DNA of 64,000 bases from Squalus acanthias (lineage: Eukaryota): positions 93,188,001-93,252,000 of the forward strand of contig CM059432.1 of NCBI GenBank assembly GCA_030390025.1, in the 5' to 3' direction. Below, in pieces: positions 48,683 to 61,824 of the stretch (its first letter is position 1; each line of letters opens with the position of its first letter). The position numbers were made by a program, and so were the translations under genes. The notes beneath the pieces were generated by a model. The model was not told the DNA's origin, made no database searches, and saw only the letters and a program-made list of their open reading frames with translations.

Positions 48683-48685
<3 letters not shown>

Positions 48686-48715
<30 letters not shown>
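48686..48715. repeat. (AT)n microsatellite, about 15 units
   Basis: Perfect AT run. Confidence 0.95.
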
Positions 48716-48717
<2 letters not shown>

Positions 48718-49107
48718 ATTTTCTTCATTATTTTTGTATGCATATATAAAACAGTCAGGGAACTAAACAGAGGATAAACACTTTACTCCCTTCGCATCAC
48801 CCTATCTGTAATATGCTGGAAAATTAAACAGTGCAAAGAAACGTAAGAAATATTTACTGAAGCTTTGGTTTCTAATCTGATGCCATGCCTGTCGATGATG
48901 TAATTCAGTTCCTCCGCCCTGGTGAAGGACCTGCCTGTCACTTTCAGATTATATATGAATTATGAATGACTATACAGAGGGCTGTAGGCACACGGAGTGG
49001 GAAGAGGCATCGGGGTCCTTTGTAGTGCATTTGCTCAGCAGCATTGGCAAGAGACTGAAGAAGGAAAATATATGCCAGCCTTTTCACGATCATTGCCAAA
49101 AGTCACA

Positions 49108-49664
49108 GGCCCCGAAAATCTGCCGGCGGTGGGGGTGGGGATACCACAGTGTAACCGTTGGCACGCACCCTCCTAGGACCTCCAGCATTGTCGCTGCCAT
49201 TGTCTGCGGGGTCAGGGAGAAGTCCCTACATTATCGTGCCAGTGACAGACAGCTGCACCACTGACTGAATATTGCCTGTTGGTGCAGGGGTGGGGGAACA
49301 GGTGCCCCATCTACCAACAAGTTACAGGTGCCCTGTAACTGTCCACCACTGTAAGGGAGTTGCTTTGAAAAAAATGTTTTTTAATTTGGCAGCCGAATCT
49401 TTGGGCCGCCACAACTGTTGATGGTCAGAGAGGTCCTCCTGGTCTGAACAGCCATACCCTAGGTCCTCTCTGACCTGGGCCGGGAAACTCCGAACTTTGG
49501 CGGACCCTGCCTCCTTACAACGATGGCCTTGCTTGGGGTGGACAAAGGCTCCCCACAAGGCCATCTGCATTCTCTGGATCCTGGCCTTGTTTTCAGCCGT
49601 TCTGGTGGATTCCCACCAAAGTGACAGCGGGAGGACACGGAAACAGCTGTGGATTTTCAGGTCC
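49108..49664. mobile_element. Possible old Harbinger-like MITE
   Basis: Imperfect inverted ends GGCCCCGAAAATC and GATTTTCAGGTCC (11/13 match); GC-richer interior; no clear TSD. Confidence 0.35.
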
Positions 49665-52102
49665 ACTATAAAGACTGCAATCGGTGCTGCTGAGTGGGCA
49701 CCCTACTGTGTAATCCCCTTGACCCTGCATGTCATCATCACCAATGTCCTACTCTTACTCTCTCGTGCTATGGCCTGTATTCAGCAGCATGTTCCAGCCA
49801 GGTTTAAATTAACTGTATGTACCAAGACCAGGTTGCGGCTTTAATTGCCTCTCCCAATTTATCAGTAAGGGACTGGCCCAATTATATGAGACACTACCTT
49901 GAAAGTGGGAACTTATATCATTATTTCCAGATTTATCACCTTTTATCTGATGCACTGGATACAGTCACAGACATATTAACTGAGGAGTAACCTGATCTCT
50001 CTTACTCTTGTTTTCATTATGAGGAGGCCGTGAGTTCCAGCTCTATAATCCTGGAGGAACAATAGAAGACTGACTGCTCTGCAGGATGTACCGTCTCTGG
50101 CAACAACAGGAAGCTTACTGGAAGGTCAATAACAAAATTGCACATCATAGCTGTAACACTGGCACAGGTTCACAGCTGCAAAACTTAATGTGCTTGATAG
50201 GTACTGCAAAGGTTACAAGGAGGTAATCAGCCTATTTCATGTCTTTTGATGAACCTGCCTGCAGGTACAACCACACTAGACTACAATCCTTAAACGGAAT
50301 CAAGAGTAAAATCAATCCTGATCCACTTCACTGGTGCTCCCAGTGAAGATCCCCATGGATTCTGGTATAGGTCAGTTGGTCAACTTTTTCTTTTGCATCA
50401 CTTGGAAGTGTATCCCAGGCAAGTGGCACCAGGTGGTAACCCAGTCAGACAGGTTCATGTTTACCCGTGGGATCTGGTAAGTTCTTACATGTTTTCTCCC
50501 TTCTTGAAATAATATCAACAGTAGTCTAAAGGGTACTCTTCACCCAGGAGATAACTAGGTGCTCCTGAGAAAAGCTAAGAGAAATCTAAAGAATGTATTT
50601 CCACCCCATTTCAGAGAGTCTGTAGCGATCTTCAGGACATCCTGCAATTGACTAAATGATGCCCATCTGAAGCAGAGAAAAGAACTCATGGCACCTGTCC
50701 ATATTACTCCATCTTACCTTACTCAAAACAGCCTGCATTTTTTACATGCAGTGCATGTTGTACTACACTGAAGGTTTATGTTTTCTGTTATTTTGTAACA
50801 ATGGAAGTCTGCAAAAATCTTGGAATATAAAAAACATTCCTTTGTATGTATAATTACCTGGGGAAGGCGCGGGGGGGGGCATGATTCTCACGATTTTCCA
50901 CATTGAAAGAAAATGGAGGGTGATTCACCCAGAGCTGTTCTCATACATCTCCTTGCGGCCAGATGGAAAGTGCAGAGGGCCGAGAACAGTCTGCCTGCTT
51001 CTCCTCAGTTAGAGATAAGGCTTTAAAAATAGGAAAAGAAAATACTGATATGTATATCTAGCTGTTGCTTATCTGATGCACTGCGGCCATAGTCTTATAA
51101 TAAGGGCATTATGTTGTGAGGTCTACAACTCTTGTCTGTTGGCAGACGCTAAAAGCCCGGAGGACATTAGTTACCAGTCCCACCCCCACTGTATATCAAC
51201 CAGTACAAACTGGTTCTAACCATAATGTCTGCCAGGAAACACTGTCCAAGTGAATTACTGAAGAGTTTACTGAAGCCGTCTGTTAAATGCCTCGTTAAAT
51301 TCATCAGCATTAAAAACTAACACAAGCTTAACTACAATTTTTCAACATTTTTTTCTTGTCGCATCAGCACATTAAAATAAGCCAAATTACCTAGAGGAGA
51401 AAATTAAATTAAAAAAAAAAGATTAGTCTGTTGCCTCCCTACTTCATCCTCCACTGAGCTTTAACGTGCGTTGACTCAGCCTAGATGCAGAGCTACCACA
51501 GGTCACTTTAAGGCAGAAGAAAACACTTTCTTCTGATTGGCTGGCTGACTGCCAGCAGACCCACACACCCCTCAGAAAAGAAAGCATAAACGAGTCTGAT
51601 AGTCTGGCCAGTGTCCAGAGCAAATCCAGGCTCAGACAGTAATTTGCTTAATATATATGACACTGACTTCAAAATTGGCAAATAGAACTCAAATCTCTCA
51701 GCTGATAAAGTATACACAATTAAAATGTCAACTAGAGCAGTAAAATGCATTCTCTGCAATAGCACAATAAAGGCTTTGCTCTCAATATTTCACATAAATG
51801 CTTGTGGTTCTTTAAATGTAAAGTACATTGGAGTGATCTTTAATCTCTAAATACCTATTTGCTTCATTATACAGTCTTCCCCATTGAGAGTGCATCATTA
51901 AACATTTTGTTTGCTAATGGTGGGAGGAAAGAGACAAAGACAAACAGAGGAGAAAAATGAGGACACACACTGACAGTATGAAAATGAACAGAAAGAAAGA
52001 TAGAGATAAGTCACTTTTACATTATGGATTGCAACTGACTCCACAGTGTAAAGAAGCCCATGTTCTAGGAACTGATGGTATGGTACACCTACATAGGACA
52101 GG

Positions 52103-52544
52103 AAAAAAAGACTTGCATTTATATAGCGCCTTTCACGGCCACCGGGTGTCCCAACGCGCTTTACAGCCAATGAAGTACTTTTCAAGTGTAGTCACTGTTG
52201 TAATGTAGGAAACGTGGCAGCCAATTTGTGCACAGCATGGTCCCACAAACAGCAATGTCATAATGACCAGATAATTTGTTTTAGTGATGTTGATTGAGGG
52301 ATAAATATTGGCCAGGACACCGGGGCTAACTCCCCTGTTCTTCTTCAAAATAGTGCCATGGGATCTTTTACGTCCACCCGGTTTAACGTCTCATCTGAAA
52401 GACGGCACCTCCAACAGTGCCGCACTCCCTCAGCACTGCACTGGAGTGTCAGCCTAGATTTTTGTGCTCAAGTCTCTGGAGTGGGACTTAACCCAGAACC
52501 TTCTGACTCAGAGGCGAGGGTGCTACCCACTGAGCCACAGCTGA
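52103..52544 (-). mobile_element. tRNA-derived DeuSINE-type SINE (SacSINE1-like), second copy
   Basis: Reverse complement of the 47734-48150 family: the plus strand shows the head (ccactgagccacagctga), the core and the tail (aagacttgcatttatatagcgcc). Confidence 0.88.
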
Positions 52545-53501
52545 TATTCAGGAAATGCAGGGATCCAGTCCTGCACATTTGCTCTTTGTAGGGCACTGTA
52601 TAAAAATGGAGCCTGGTGTTTCAATAGAGACTGCACTCCCTTGCTCTGAACGTAAAAGCAAGATGGATGCCACTGTCCCAAAACTGGACAGTGTATCAGT
52701 TAAAGTATAAAGTACAAGTACAAATATAAAAGTGCTTTGAGAGAGAAAAAAAGTGAGGGAGATTGGAGACTAATTTTCATAAGTGCTTTTCTGCCGATAA
52801 TGTTGGTTCAGCTATCAGCTCCAGACATTTCCAACACCAACAGCCTCTCAGTTTTTTTAAACTGATGCTCACTGCTCATGTCACTTCGAGCCTTCAGGAA
52901 CAAAAGGTGTGATACATATTCATTGGGTCACATGTAAGACTGGATCTCAGGTGGAGTTAGTGTATGCCAACAATTAGACTGAAAGGTTAACGACAGCAGA
53001 GGTGTAAAAATATTTGGAAGTAGAGAAGTTTACAGTTAACAGAATATTACAAAGCATAGGTACACGTAGAATATGTGGCTGGCAGTGGGACACAAAGCAA
53101 AAATTAAATCACGAAGTTGAGATAATATCATAAACTGCAAGAACAAAGCCACTGAATGCATTCAGCAGAGTGGCCGGTGTCCAGGTACATCAATAATATC
53201 AGTGAAATGGCAAATTTATGATCTCAATCATGTCATTATGAGGAGGAGCCAAGCAGAGGCCAACAGGCCTGAGCAGGGAAAGAGGGGAAACTGTGGGGCA
53301 AGTCAGCCCAGGCCAGTTCCCCATTTCAAACCTGATTCACTGTCTTTATTTTTCAGGGGTGGCACCTCCCAACCAGAAAGTTGTTCACGATAAGGCACAG
53401 CAGTATTTTTTGTGTCTTTATGCTATAACTGCTTTGGGATAATTTTCCATATATACACATTATTCCTATTATAGTGACATTGGCATTCCCAGCCTACTCT
53501 C

Positions 53502-53520
53502 ATGCACCCTCTAGTGGCTA
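53502..53520 (-). promoter_or_regulatory. Candidate CTCF binding site
   Basis: Minus strand TAGCCACTAGAGGGTGCAT matches the CTCF core CCASYAGRKGGCR except for a CpG-type C>T change. Motif match only. Confidence 0.35.
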
Positions 53521-53863
53521 GTTTTAGAGTACATTGTGGAGCCATCAAAGGTATGGTGCTAAAGGAGACTAAGAAACAAGAAAGGGTGAAAACTATCTTT
53601 TTTAAAACTAAGTGGCAATGACAGGGTCCTGAGAGCAAGTCTCCAGTCCATTCTCTCAGTTGGAGAAAATGTGGAACACGGAAATAGTTAAGAGAAAAAA
53701 AAATTATTGATATTTACCCTCCATTCCCATTTTTTAACAATTTTTGACTGGATTTTAAGTATTCCTAATCCAAGGTGGACAGGCAACCTGCCCTAGCGTT
53801 TTGTCGGTGCCATTATTTAACCAACTGCTGGGTGGCCATTTTAATTTCTGTTGGGAAGCACCT

Positions 53864-55277
53864 GGACTCTGCCATCCGCCATGACACGAGTGAACTCCGC
53901 CATGACACGAGTGAACTCCGCCATGACACGAGTGAACTCCGCCACGACCCGAGTGAACTCTGCCGCGATCCGACTGAACTCCGCCGCGACCCGACTGAAC
54001 TCCGCCGCGACCCGACTGAACTCCGCCACGACCCGACTGAACTCCGCCACGACCCGACTGAACTCCGCCACGACCTGAGTGAACTCCGCCACGACCCGAC
54101 TGAACTCCGCCACGACCCGAGTGAACTCCGCCACGACCCGACTGAACTCCGCCACGACCTGAGTGAACTCCGCCACGACCCGACTGAACTCCGCCACGAC
54201 CCGAGTGAACTCCGCCGCGACCCGACTGAACTCCGCCGCGACCCGACTGAACTCCGCCGCGACCCGAGTGAACTCCGCCGCGACCCGACTGAACTCCGCC
54301 GCGACCCGACTGAACTCCGCCGCGACCCGACTGAACTCCGCCACGACCCGACTGAACTCCGCCACGACCCGAGTGAACTCCGCCGCGACCCGACTGAACT
54401 CCGCCGCGACCCGACTGAACTCCGCCGCGACCCGACTGAACTCCGCCGCGACCCGACTGAACTCCGCCGCGACCCGACTGAACTCCGCCGCGACCCGACT
54501 GAACTCCGCCGCGACCCGAGTGAACTCCGCCGCGACCCGACTGAACTCCGCCGCGACCCGACTGAACTCCGCCGCGACCCGACTGAACTCCGCCGCGACC
54601 CGACTGAACTCCGCCGCGACCCGACTGAACTCCGCCGCGACCCGAGTGAACTCCGCCGCGACCCGACTGAACTCCGCCGCGACCCGACTGAACTCCGCCG
54701 CGACCCGACTGAACTCCGCCGCGACCCGACTGAACTCCGCCGCGACCCGACTGAACTCCGCCGCGACCCGACTGAACTCCGCCGCGACCCGACTGAACTC
54801 CGCCGCGACCCGACTGAACTCTGCCGCGACCCGACTGAACTCTGCCGCGACCCGACTGAACTCCGCCGTGACCCGACTGAACTCCGCCACGACCCGACTG
54901 AACTCTGCCGCGACCCGACTGAACTCCGCCACGACCTGAGTGAACTCCGCCGCGACCCGAGTGAACTCCGCCACGACCCGACTGAACTCCGCCACGACCT
55001 GAGTGAACTCCGCCGCGACCCGAGTGAACTCCGCCGCGACCCGACTGAACTCCGCCACGACCCGAGTGAACTCCGCCACGACCCGAGTGAACTCCGCCGC
55101 GACCCGACTGAACTCCGCCACGACCCGAGTGAACTCCGCCACGACCCGACTGAACTCCGCCACGACCCGAGTGAACTCCGCCGCGACCCGACTGAACTCC
55201 GCCGCGACCCGACTGAACTCCGCCACGACCCGACTGAACTCCGCCACGACCCGAGTAAACTCCGTCATAATCGGACT
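53864..55277. repeat. 21-bp CpG-rich minisatellite GAACTCCGCCGCGACCCGACT, about 66 copies
   Basis: Head-to-tail units; variants CGC/CAC and ACT/AGT; degenerate units at both edges. Confidence 0.97.
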
Positions 55278-55818
55278 ATGCTGGGAACCACTAACGTGCA
55301 GTAAATTGGTGCACTGGCCTTCCACGCAATGAAAGGTTGGATATTATGAATAGATCTGGATACCGGCACTCTATGCTGAGGTTATTCAGCAGTTCAAATT
55401 CAGTAATTCTAGGGTGATCAATTTAGGTTAATCTGGTGGATTAACCGGGGCTTTTAATTTAGGCTATCTGGTTATTCAAGTGATTGATTACCTCTTGGGC
55501 TAATTTGCATGTTGTGGGCATTACCTGGGTGAGAGTTTCTATTTAACATAGTCATGAAACTACAAAATGAAACTAGGCTACTGTCCTTAAAGGCCTGTGA
55601 CTGTTTAAGGGAACCGGAGCATCTTAGAGCCCATGGAGACAACAGGGATCCCAAGCCTGGGTGAGCAGTGTGGAAGCTTACAACTTGCAGACAAATGTCT
55701 TGGAGTGCTTTTGACAAATAATTTTTGCCAGAAGATAATTTTTAAAATGGCAGCTCAATGAAGCAAGATTTCACTGCAGCAGTGAAAAAACCCAGTCAAT
55801 CATCAGCATGCTAGTGAA

Positions 55819-56037
55819 GAGGGCTGGTTTAATGATGAGGCCACTGAGCAGCTGTTGCAGGAAGTCGAGCAGAGGAGGGCTGCCCTATTTCCCCACCATG
55901 AAGGGAAGGTCATGAAGGCAGTGGCACATATGGCATGGCAAGAGGTGGCTGCAATCATCAGCAGCAACAGCAGCACCGTGCCAATGACATGGATGTAGTG
56001 CTGGAAAAAGTTTAATGACCTCATCAGGAGGAAGAAA
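55819..56037 (+). pseudogene. Myb/SANT-like DNA-binding domain exon of a decayed Harbinger element
   Basis: Reads EGWFNDEATEQLLQEVEQRRAALFP...AWQEVAAIISS...TWM*CWKKFNDL, with one in-frame TAG; a gtaaat donor-like site follows. Confidence 0.75.
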
Positions 56038-58684
56038 GTAAATGTCAACTTTTACACAGATGTAAAAATGTTTGAGAGCCTTGTGGCAACTACCTAGTGT
56101 TTCCTATCACTCGATGTAATGAGCTTGTTAAAGTAGCATCATGGAAGGATTTACAGTCTACTGCACAATATAGATTCACTCAGTGGTCACAAGCCAACTT
56201 ACGAACACAAGTATCTGCTAGAATCTAAAGCATGAAAGCAGCAACCTTCACAGTGACTGCAACTTTTGACAAATGCAAAGGGAAAAGGCACTGCTTATGT
56301 TGCAGGGGGTAATGATGTTGCAGTAAGTCATGGAATTTTACTATGTCTCTGTAAAGAAAGCGGCATTTACCAGAAGGCATTCCACCGCTACTGGAGGAGG
56401 ACTTGCTACAGCTCAGGATTTCACTCCATTTGAGAGTTCCAGCATCGCAACTTGATAAAGGTGGGCCAAGATGTTGAAGTGGGTGGGCATGTCCCGACTG
56501 AGGGTGCCTTCTTCTCTCCCCTCCAGTCCTGGCCAACGTGCCTCACATTGTCAACTTTCAGGACCTTCCCGTGCAAATGAGAATAATAATGAAGTACACG
56601 TTCACCTAACTATTAATTGCCTTTATATGTTTGTTCCTCTTTGTGTCTTCACAGAAAATAGCTGAGCGATCAGAGCCCGGACCCTCCATAGAACCTGCAA
56701 GAAGCACATCACCAGGCGTCCTGTCACGTTTTCCAAGACTTGGCATGCTGCTGCTCAGTTACATCCACTCAGGGCGTACAGATAAAGACTATGAGGGGAG
56801 CATACTTACTGCATCACTAAGCACTGTAGAGCAGGACAGGAAGAGCAGAAGGAAGAAGAGGGCGCCCTTTGTGGGAGGAGGAACCTCTTCCAGCAGCTGC
56901 ACAGGAAGTGGGCCCTGCATTCAGTAGGAGAATGCTTTCAGACTATTGCAGTCATTGGGTAATGTGTCTAGCAGCATCCACATCAAGGTGACAAGTGCGA
57001 AGGAGTCCACATCTTGCATGTGTGAGGCACTGATGCACAATACTGAAAGCATGTAGACATCCTTGAAGTGAGTGGCAGTTCCAGCGCCACCTGCTGTACA
57101 GCCCCTCTAAGGGCGTGGCCCGAAACAGGCCCCATCAGCGGAGATTTTCCTTAATTTTTTTTATTGACAGGCAGCACACTGGCCATCTCTTTTGCTGCAG
57201 CAGCAATCCCCCAGGGGCTGCAGTTGCATGTTTTCACCCTCAAACTGGCACGACTCCCTGGCAAAGGCTGAAGAGCTACTGAGCTCCAATTCAATTTACT
57301 GGACTCTAAAGGACTCTCTGGTCACCAGTACATTTTCCACACCCATCCACACTAAGGGATACCACAGAGCTGCATGAGTTTCCCGATGGGGATTTCCCCC
57401 ATAAATCTTGATGGATTTTTTTTTATTCGTTCAAGGGATGTGGGCGTCGCTGGCAAGGTCAGCATTTATTGCCCATCCCTAATTGTCCTTGAGAAGGTGG
57501 TGGTGAGCAGCCTTCTTGAACCGCTGCAGTCCGTGTGGTGAAGGTATTCCCACAGTGCTGTTCCAGGATTTTAACCCAGCGACGATGAAGGAACGGTGAT
57601 ATACTTCCAAGTCAGGATGGTGTGTGACTTGGAGGGGAACTTGGAGATGATGGTGTCCCCATGCGCCTGCTGCTTTTGTCCTTCTAGGTGGTAGAGGTCG
57701 CGGGTTTGGGAGGTGCTGCCGAAGAAACCTTGGCAAGTTGCTGCAGTGCATCTTGCAGATGGTACACACAGCAGCCACGGTGCACTGGTGGGGGAGGGAG
57801 TGAATGCTTAAGGTGGTGGATGGGGTGCCAATCAAGCGGGCTGCTTTGTCTTGGATGGTGTCGAGCTTCTTGAGTATTGTTGGAGCTGCACTCATCCAGG
57901 CAAGTGGAGAGCATTCCATCACACTCTTTACTTGTGCCTTGTAGATGGTGGAAAGGCTTTGGGGAGTCAGGAGGTGAGACACTCACCGCAGAACTCTGAC
58001 AAGCTCTTGTTGCCACAGTATGTGTGTGGCTGGTCCAGTTAAGTTTCTGGTCAATGGTGACCCCCAGGATATTGATGGTGGGGGATTCGCTGATGGTAAT
58101 GCCATTGAAAGTCAAGGGGTGGTGGTTAGACGCTCGCTTGTTGGAGATAGTCATTGCCTGGCACTTGTGTAGCGCGAATGTTACCTGCCACTTATCAGCC
58201 CAAGCTTGAATGTCGTCCAGGTCTTGCTGCATGCAGGCATGGACTGCTTCATTATCTGAGGAGTTGCGAATGGAACTGAACACTGTGCAATCATCAGCGA
58301 ACATACCCACTTCTGACCTTATGATGCAGGGAAGGTCATTGATGAAGCAGCTGAAGATGGTTGGGCCTAGGACATTGCCCTGAGTAGCTCCTGCAGCGAT
58401 GTCCTGGGGCTGTAATGATTGACCTCCAACCACTACAACTATCTTCCTTTGTGCTAGGTATGACTCCAGCCAGTGGAGAGTTTTCCTCCCGATTCCCATT
58501 GACTTCAGTTTTACTAGGGCTCCTTGATGCCACACTCGGTCAAATGCTGCCTTGATGTCAAAGGCAGTCACTCTCTCACCTCACCTCTGGAATTCAGCTC
58601 TTTTGTCCATGTTTGGACCAAGGCTGTAATGAGGTAGGGAGCCAAGTGGTCTTGGGGGAACCTAAACTGGGCATCAGTCAGCAG

Positions 58685-58906
58685 CAAGACCTTCCCCTTT
58701 GTTCTTTCATCCCCTGCCCCTTTTCCCAGCATTATACTTGCTTTAAATCTATTTCATTTCCTATTTTTTTCCAGTTCTGACGAAGGGTCTTCGACCTGAA
58801 ACGTTAACTCTGTTTCTCTCTCCACGGATGCTGCCTGGCCTGCTGAGTTTTTCCAGCGTTTTCTGTTGTTATTTCGGATTTCCAGCATCCGCAGTATTTC
58901 GCTATC
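58685..58906 (+). mobile_element. Penelope-like element terminal (pLTR) fragment
   Basis: 222-bp insert flanked by TSD ATCAGTCAGCAG (58673-58684 and 58909-58920; 13/14 when extended). Contains a hammerhead core and the ccac.gatgctgcctg.cctgctgagt.tttccagc motif also seen at 61825-61961. Confidence 0.75.
58773..58809 (+). ncRNA. Minimal type I hammerhead ribozyme
   Basis: Stem I AGTT/AACT; core CTGACGA (58777-58783); stem II AGGGTC-ttc-GACCT; GAAA (58798-58801); palindromic AACGTT stem III; predicted cleavage after GUU at 58805. Confidence 0.75.
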
Positions 58907-59889
58907 GTATCAGTCAGCAGGTTATTGGTGAGTAAGTGCCGCTTGATAGCACTGTCAACGACACCTTCCATCACTTTGCTAATGATTGAGAGTAGACTGA
59001 TGGGACGGTAATTGGCCGGGTTGGATTTGTCCTGCTTTTTGTGGACAGGACATACCTGGGCAATTTTCCACATTGTCGGATAGATGCCAGTGTTGTAGCT
59101 GTACTGGAACAGCTTGGCTAGAGGCGCGGCTAGTTCTGGAGCACAAGTCTTCAGCACGACAGCCGGGATGTTCGGGGCCAACAGCCTTTGCTGTATCAAG
59201 TGCGCTCAGCAGGAGGAGGAGAACAGAAGACAGTCGCGGGCAGGGGGGCGTAAATCTAGGTCGGGGCAGTGAGATAGATGTAGGCCTCAATACCAGTATT
59301 TACCCTCATTCCCCCTTGCTAGTCCTCCGATTCTGGGCAGGATCATGGAGCAGAATCCAGCTCTCACTGTTGTAAATGCAGTAGCTAGATATTTATATTA
59401 CGTGGCAAAATTGATTTTATTTCTCGGTTGGATTTTTTAAACTTAGAATACTTCTGTATTGCTAGAATCAGCATGTAGGAAGTTAACACCCAAGGTCACG
59501 TAGTGCCTCTTGCCAGTAGAAGTTATCAGCTCAAAATAAAGAGGTGTCTGGGTTAGGTCTCACAATTATGGTTTGTAGTCTTAGTTAGTTAATCATCCTG
59601 GGGTGGCAGGGCATTATTTATAATGACAAACACCCTGAAGTATTGTTACAGATGGCCCCAATATCCCACAGAAGTACCATTATGATGCCTTGTTGCTTAA
59701 GTTTACGTCCTAATAAATTCACACAGTGTGGGGTGCAAACAGGCAGACTCCTGGTCTTGCATTCAAGGATAGTTCCTCAATCCCTTTGCTTGACAGCTAT
59801 TTCTGAGTCCTTTGTAAAGAGGGCATGTTGTTGATTGGCTGCAGCCCTCTGTGATTGACAGCTCAGTGGGCAGAAACTTCATCTCACAG

Positions 59890-60260
59890 TAGGGTTACCA
59901 ACCCTCCAGGATTGTCCAGAATTAAAGATTAGTCTCCTGGACACTGCTGCGAGCAACTCGAGAGAAAAATGATAGGGGCATTAAAAAAAAAATGTGCATT
60001 TTTTTTTTCATTTTCTGTGAACACTTTTATTTATTAGTTAGAAAAATATTGCAGATGAGGGGGGAAAAAGGCTTCTTGACCGATAGTCAAGAATCATCCA
60101 ATCGGGTAAAGAAGAGCCAAGTGATGTGGAAAGACGGGGCGCCGGGAGGATGGACGTGTCGGGCAACCAATGGCGGGTGCATGGGGGCGGGGCTGATTGG
60201 AGGTGAGTGCTCAGGTGATGAAACTTTCAGGAATATGTCTGACCAGAGCTGGTAACCCTA
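59890..60260. mobile_element. Non-autonomous hAT-superfamily MITE, 371 bp
   Basis: Perfect 11-bp TIRs TAGGGTTACCA / TGGTAACCCTA; degenerate 8-bp TSD TCTCACAG vs TACCACAG (6/8). Confidence 0.8.
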
Positions 60261-60816
60261 TACCACAGACTTAATGCGGCATTTTTTGAGGGAGAGACAC
60301 GCAGTGAGAAGTGTGTGAAATTTGCAGTCAGCAGCCAAAAGACTGTCTGAATTGTAAAGCCTGAGCCAGCTTAGTCACAAAAAGCTAAGCTAGTGTAAGG
60401 TTACAGTAAGTGGACTTGTATTTTAGGGCCCATGTTGAGAGAGAAAGTGAACTGCGTCTTTTTGAATCTCACTGTGAAAACTGTGTACTATTCATTCATC
60501 CATTTCATGTAAATTAAACCATTTGTTGGTTTGCAGCCTGTGTTTTGATTTGGTACAAGTGCTTATCTAGTTTGCCATCTATCAAGAAAGAAGTCACACG
60601 GCTACATGTGATACAGTCCAATAGTTGATGTAAGGGTTCTCTGTTACAATCTCTGGGCCTCGCTATTATTTAACTAGATATTGGGCAGATAAAGCTGCAT
60701 GCTGGATTGTGGAGGACACGAGGTTTGCTTACAGGAGTGACCCATCCTGTTGATCCCAAGAAAATATCTAGTGTAAAAACGATGACACTCAACTAAATGC
60801 AGCAGCTAGACATTTA

Positions 60817-61100
60817 AGCCTAGAAATTAGAGGTCTTACCGCTAGCTGTTAAGGCCCGCTGCACTTTCGCCCGCTGCCGGCGGGTCCCGCGACGGCCGCC
60901 ATTTTTGACAGGTCGGCTGCGCTGTGCTTGCCGAAAGTATTGTAATTAGTCGGAACGTGGCGTCAATCGGCGTACAACGGCGAGTTGATGCCCGCTCATC
61001 CATTTTGGATATTGCCGCTCCTCTTGCCACCCTCTCCAAAGCACGCCCGTGTGTGCAGCCACTAAAAGGGCTTCAGCAACATTAACAGCCATGAGGACGC
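60817..61100. mobile_element. CpG-rich fragment, probably the end of a Harbinger-like element
   Basis: Begins with TIR-like gcctagaaatt; sharp local CpG enrichment; YY1-like CCGCCATTTT at about 60896-60905. No second end found. Confidence 0.3.
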
Positions 61101-61824
61101 TTCAAGTGACAAATGTAAGACAGCCAGGACTATTATCTCCACGTAGCAGTGTTTATATTATTCACAAGCCGAGGTCTTGATAACTAATCCTTGAGATTTG
61201 TAGGTAAAGTTTAATTTATTTTTCAGTAGTTTGCTATTTGAAATTGTCCTGTTGAGATTGTAATACTGAATGTAACAAATGGGAAGATGCAGAATATTGC
61301 AAGTGATTACTTCTGAGTGACTAGAAGAGTCAGATTGAGGTTTGGATTAGGAATCACCTATGGATGATCAGTATTTCAATCTCTGAAATCTGAAGTGTGA
61401 ATTCAAATTCTTTAAGTTATCAGCTATGAGTACTCTCTCCTCACCATGGAATAGTAAAAAGCTCTCAGTTCTCAGCCCCTCCTAAGCCAGTGACTAAAGT
61501 GACCTCAGCATATCAATGAAATTATGATTACAGTGTAATGGTTTCAAAAACTACAAAGTGCTGAATTTGATTGTTCCTGTCTGACATCTTTTTTTCTCTG
61601 CTAAATGAAAATTTAAACAAGCATTTAAAATAAAGAACTTAGCTTAGTCTCTATTCCTTTCGAATGAGATGTGTGGGTAAAGTGATAGGGGAGAGTCCTT
61701 GAAAGCATTAAATGGGCCATCTTGGCTCAACATGAAAAAAAATGAACTGTGGACCCTTTCAACAACACTGAATGCTACATGCCTTCTTCAGTGCTCTGGG
61801 AGGTACAGACTTCGAGAATTAATT

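Larger units (their letters stand above)
57416..59210 (-). mobile_element. CR1/L2-group LINE fragment (RT domain to 3' end), interrupted by a Penelope-derived insert
   Basis: Minus-strand ORFs give NYRPISLLSIISKVME, DIKAAFDRVWH, QGNVLGP, MFADD and YKAQVKSVMECSPLAW; A-rich tail at 57416-57430. Confidence 0.9.

Noticed and set aside
49850..50720. Mid-GC stretch that could be a very old retroelement relic
   Set aside because: I could not recognise any diagnostic motif by eye; it needs a profile or repeat-library search.
53775..55332. ORFs of ELRRDPT, AEFSRVA or NSAATRL heptad repeats
   Set aside because: The 21-bp unit is a multiple of 3 and is open in several frames on both strands. Starts are mostly non-ATG and there is no exon context.
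53745..59363. One large Harbinger element bounded by gactggatttt (53746) and gaatccagctc (about 59353-59363)
   Set aside because: The end match is weak, there is no TSD, and another end-like sequence lies near 57400, so the boundaries cannot be supported.
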